A DNA stretch of 37,090 nt, taken from positions 1 through 37,090 of the forward strand of contig CALYSG010000001.1 of the NCBI GenBank assembly GCA_945485605.1, in the 5' to 3' direction. The notes beneath the pieces were generated by a model. The model had not been told where the DNA came from and searched no databases. It was given only the letters and a program-made list of their open reading frames with translations. This document shows positions 35,781 through 37,090 of the stretch, in pieces (positions within the stretch are counted from its first letter, which is position 1; each line of letters starts with the position of its first letter). A program made the position numbers and the translations under genes. This DNA is from an uncultured Clostridia bacterium. GTDB taxonomy: Bacteria > Bacillota > Clostridia > Oscillospirales > CAG-272.

Positions 35781-36842
35781 ATGGATACAACAGTGAATTC
35801 ATACCGCGATCCGCATAAGAAGGTAAAGGTCGAGTTTGACCGTGCCCCTCTTGCGCAGCGGCTCAAAGCAAAATATCTCTCCTTCTTCTTCATAAAGAAG
35901 GTCGTCTGGTATCTCTTCAGGCTCATACTTCTTATCGGTATATCGTACGTCGTTATCTACCCCTTCATCACGAAGATCGCGGGCTCGTTCATGTCGCCTG
36001 CGGACTTCGTCGATGTCACGGTACTTATTATACCGAAGCACTTCACACTTGACACTTATACGGCGATATTCAACGAGCTGAGCTACAGTGAGGCTTTTCT
36101 GAATACCTTCATGCTTTCTATATCCTGCGCGGTGATTCAGACGCTGAGCTGTTGCCTTGTCGGATACGGACTCGCGAAGTTCAAGTTCAAGGGTGCGAAG
36201 TACGTCTTTCTCGCCGTCATACTGACGATGATCCTTCCGTACAGAACGCTTTACAGCTCTATCATAGGATTTTTCGGCAGCTTTGATATAAGGGGACCGC
36301 TCTCGGCGCTTATCGACGGCCCCGGACTCTTCACACTGCTCGGAATGGCGGGATGGGAAGAGGTTGCAAACGGGATCAATATCAACAACACCTACTTCCC
36401 ACTTCTGATTCTCTCGGCGGCAGGACTTGCATTCAAGAACGGACTCTATATATTCCTTCTGAGACAGTTCTTCCGCGGAGTCCCCGACGAGCTCGAGGAG
36501 TCGGCTTACATCGACGGATCGGGTACGATAAAGACCTTCATCAGCATAATCCTTCCGCTTTCGGTGCCGATGCTGATAACGGTATTCCTCTTCTCGTTCT
36601 CGTGGCAGTGGACCGATATAGACTATACCGGAATGTTCTTCACGTCGACCAAGACGAAGCTGCTTCCCAACATAGTCGGCATCCCTCAGTCTCTCTCCCT
36701 TAAGGCGGAGGACTTCGCCGCCGGTAAGAACCTCTATGAGGCGGCGATAAGAAACACCTGCGGACTTATGATAATCGCGCCGCTGGTAGTCGTTTATGTC
36801 TTCTGCCAGAAGTTCCTGGTACAGGGCATAGAGCGCTCCGGT
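35781..36842 (+). CDS. Carbohydrate ABC transporter permease (MalG/LplC-like), pair 2; 3' end not resolved (no stop codon before the window end)
   Basis: This ORF is not in the supplied track because the frame never terminates. The ATG at 35781 follows an AGGAGAG ribosome binding site. The translation starts MDTTVNSYRDPHKK...LILLIGISYVVIYPF, has the EAA loop EESAYIDGSGTIKTFISIILPLSVPM, and ends with a family-typical ...FCQKFLVQGIERSG at 36842. After that the translation becomes R/L/Q-rich nonsense. Confidence 0.8.
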
Positions 36843-36845
36843 CAC

Positions 36846-37088
36846 GGCCTTCGCCTCGGGCTTCGCCGCCAGGATGAAGGAGACCATCGCCGAGACATCG
36901 CGCGCGGCCAGCCCCTTGACGGCCAAGAGCAGGTTATCCTCTTCATCCTTCTCCAGGAGCGTCTCGGCCTGCTTGAGCTGCTCCTCGGCAGAAGAGAGCT
37001 GCAACTTCTGCGCCAGGCAGACCAACTGCGCATAACGCGGGAAGTCGGACTTCTCCGAGCCCTTGATTGCAAAGTCCAGGCGGTTCTT
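36846..37088 (-). CDS. Partial ORF of unknown function, open at the window edge and running into the permease gene
   Basis: The minus-strand frame reads KNRLDFAIKGSEKSDFPRYAQLVCLAQKLQLSSAEEQLKQAETLLEKDEEDNLLLAVKGLAARDVSAMVSFILAAKPEAKA. This is protein-like, unlike the plus-strand translation of the same bases. Codon style looks different by eye (many CTG/CAG/GCC). Its continuation beyond about 36845 is the antisense shadow of the permease. Confidence 0.4.
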
Positions 37089-37090
37089 CA

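Noticed and set aside
35799-36845. Most of the 408-aa minus-strand ORF 35799-37025
   Set aside because: Over this span it is the antisense of a permease with clear TM segments and an EAA loop. Its translation is R/E/D/K-rich shadow sequence. Only the part beyond about 36846 looks genuinely coding, and that part is reported separately.
1-37090. CRISPR arrays, tRNA/rRNA genes, transposases, integrases and prophage modules
   Set aside because: The repeat copies are irregular and hairpin-type, not evenly spaced direct repeats with spacers. I saw no cloverleaf-like tRNA candidates, no rRNA-like stretches, and no DDE, tyrosine or serine recombinase motifs in any long ORF.

Overview
This window looks like chromosomal DNA from a Clostridia-class Firmicute, judged from T-box and S-box leaders, recD2-comFC, GGAGG-type ribosome binding sites and tightly packed operons. 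All calls come from reading the sequence and ORF track by eye, with no searches run; family names are recalled and need HMM confirmation. Left part (1-9.5 kb, mostly minus strand): a phosphoesterase-rich operon (AP-superfamily phosphodiesterase, lipoprotein, glycerophosphodiester phosphodiesterase, small membrane protein), a divergent EEP-family gene, and a Leu T-box-controlled hit-leuS-cinA operon. Copies of a hairpin-dense intergenic repeat sit at 1-197 and 8826-9180. Centre (9.6-14.9 kb, plus strand): a three-gene cassette with its own strong promoter, encoding a TerB-N/TerB-C protein, a P-loop ATPase and an Lhr-type DExH helicase. This matches the Shango-type anti-phage architecture, whose mechanism is unknown, and it is wedged between the T-box operon and an S-box (SAM-I) riboswitch-metK unit. 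Next come a small membrane ORF, recD2 and comFC. After about 1 kb of non-coding, AT-richer DNA, the right half (20.3-36.8 kb) is one tightly packed seven-gene operon. It encodes a 1,301-aa solute-binding lipoprotein with extra N-terminal beta-rich modules, two MalF/MalG-type permease pairs, an NHL-propeller/TPR/YIP1 membrane protein, and a 2,061-aa secreted protein carrying a roughly 930-aa alanine-rich helical insert. No ATPase or regulator gene is present. I consider this operon the best candidate for an uncharacterised system. The last ~250 nt break continuity: the final permease loses its stop codon and the opposite strand starts to look coding, which suggests a junction or chimera. I saw no rRNA, tRNA, CRISPR array, transposase or integrase.
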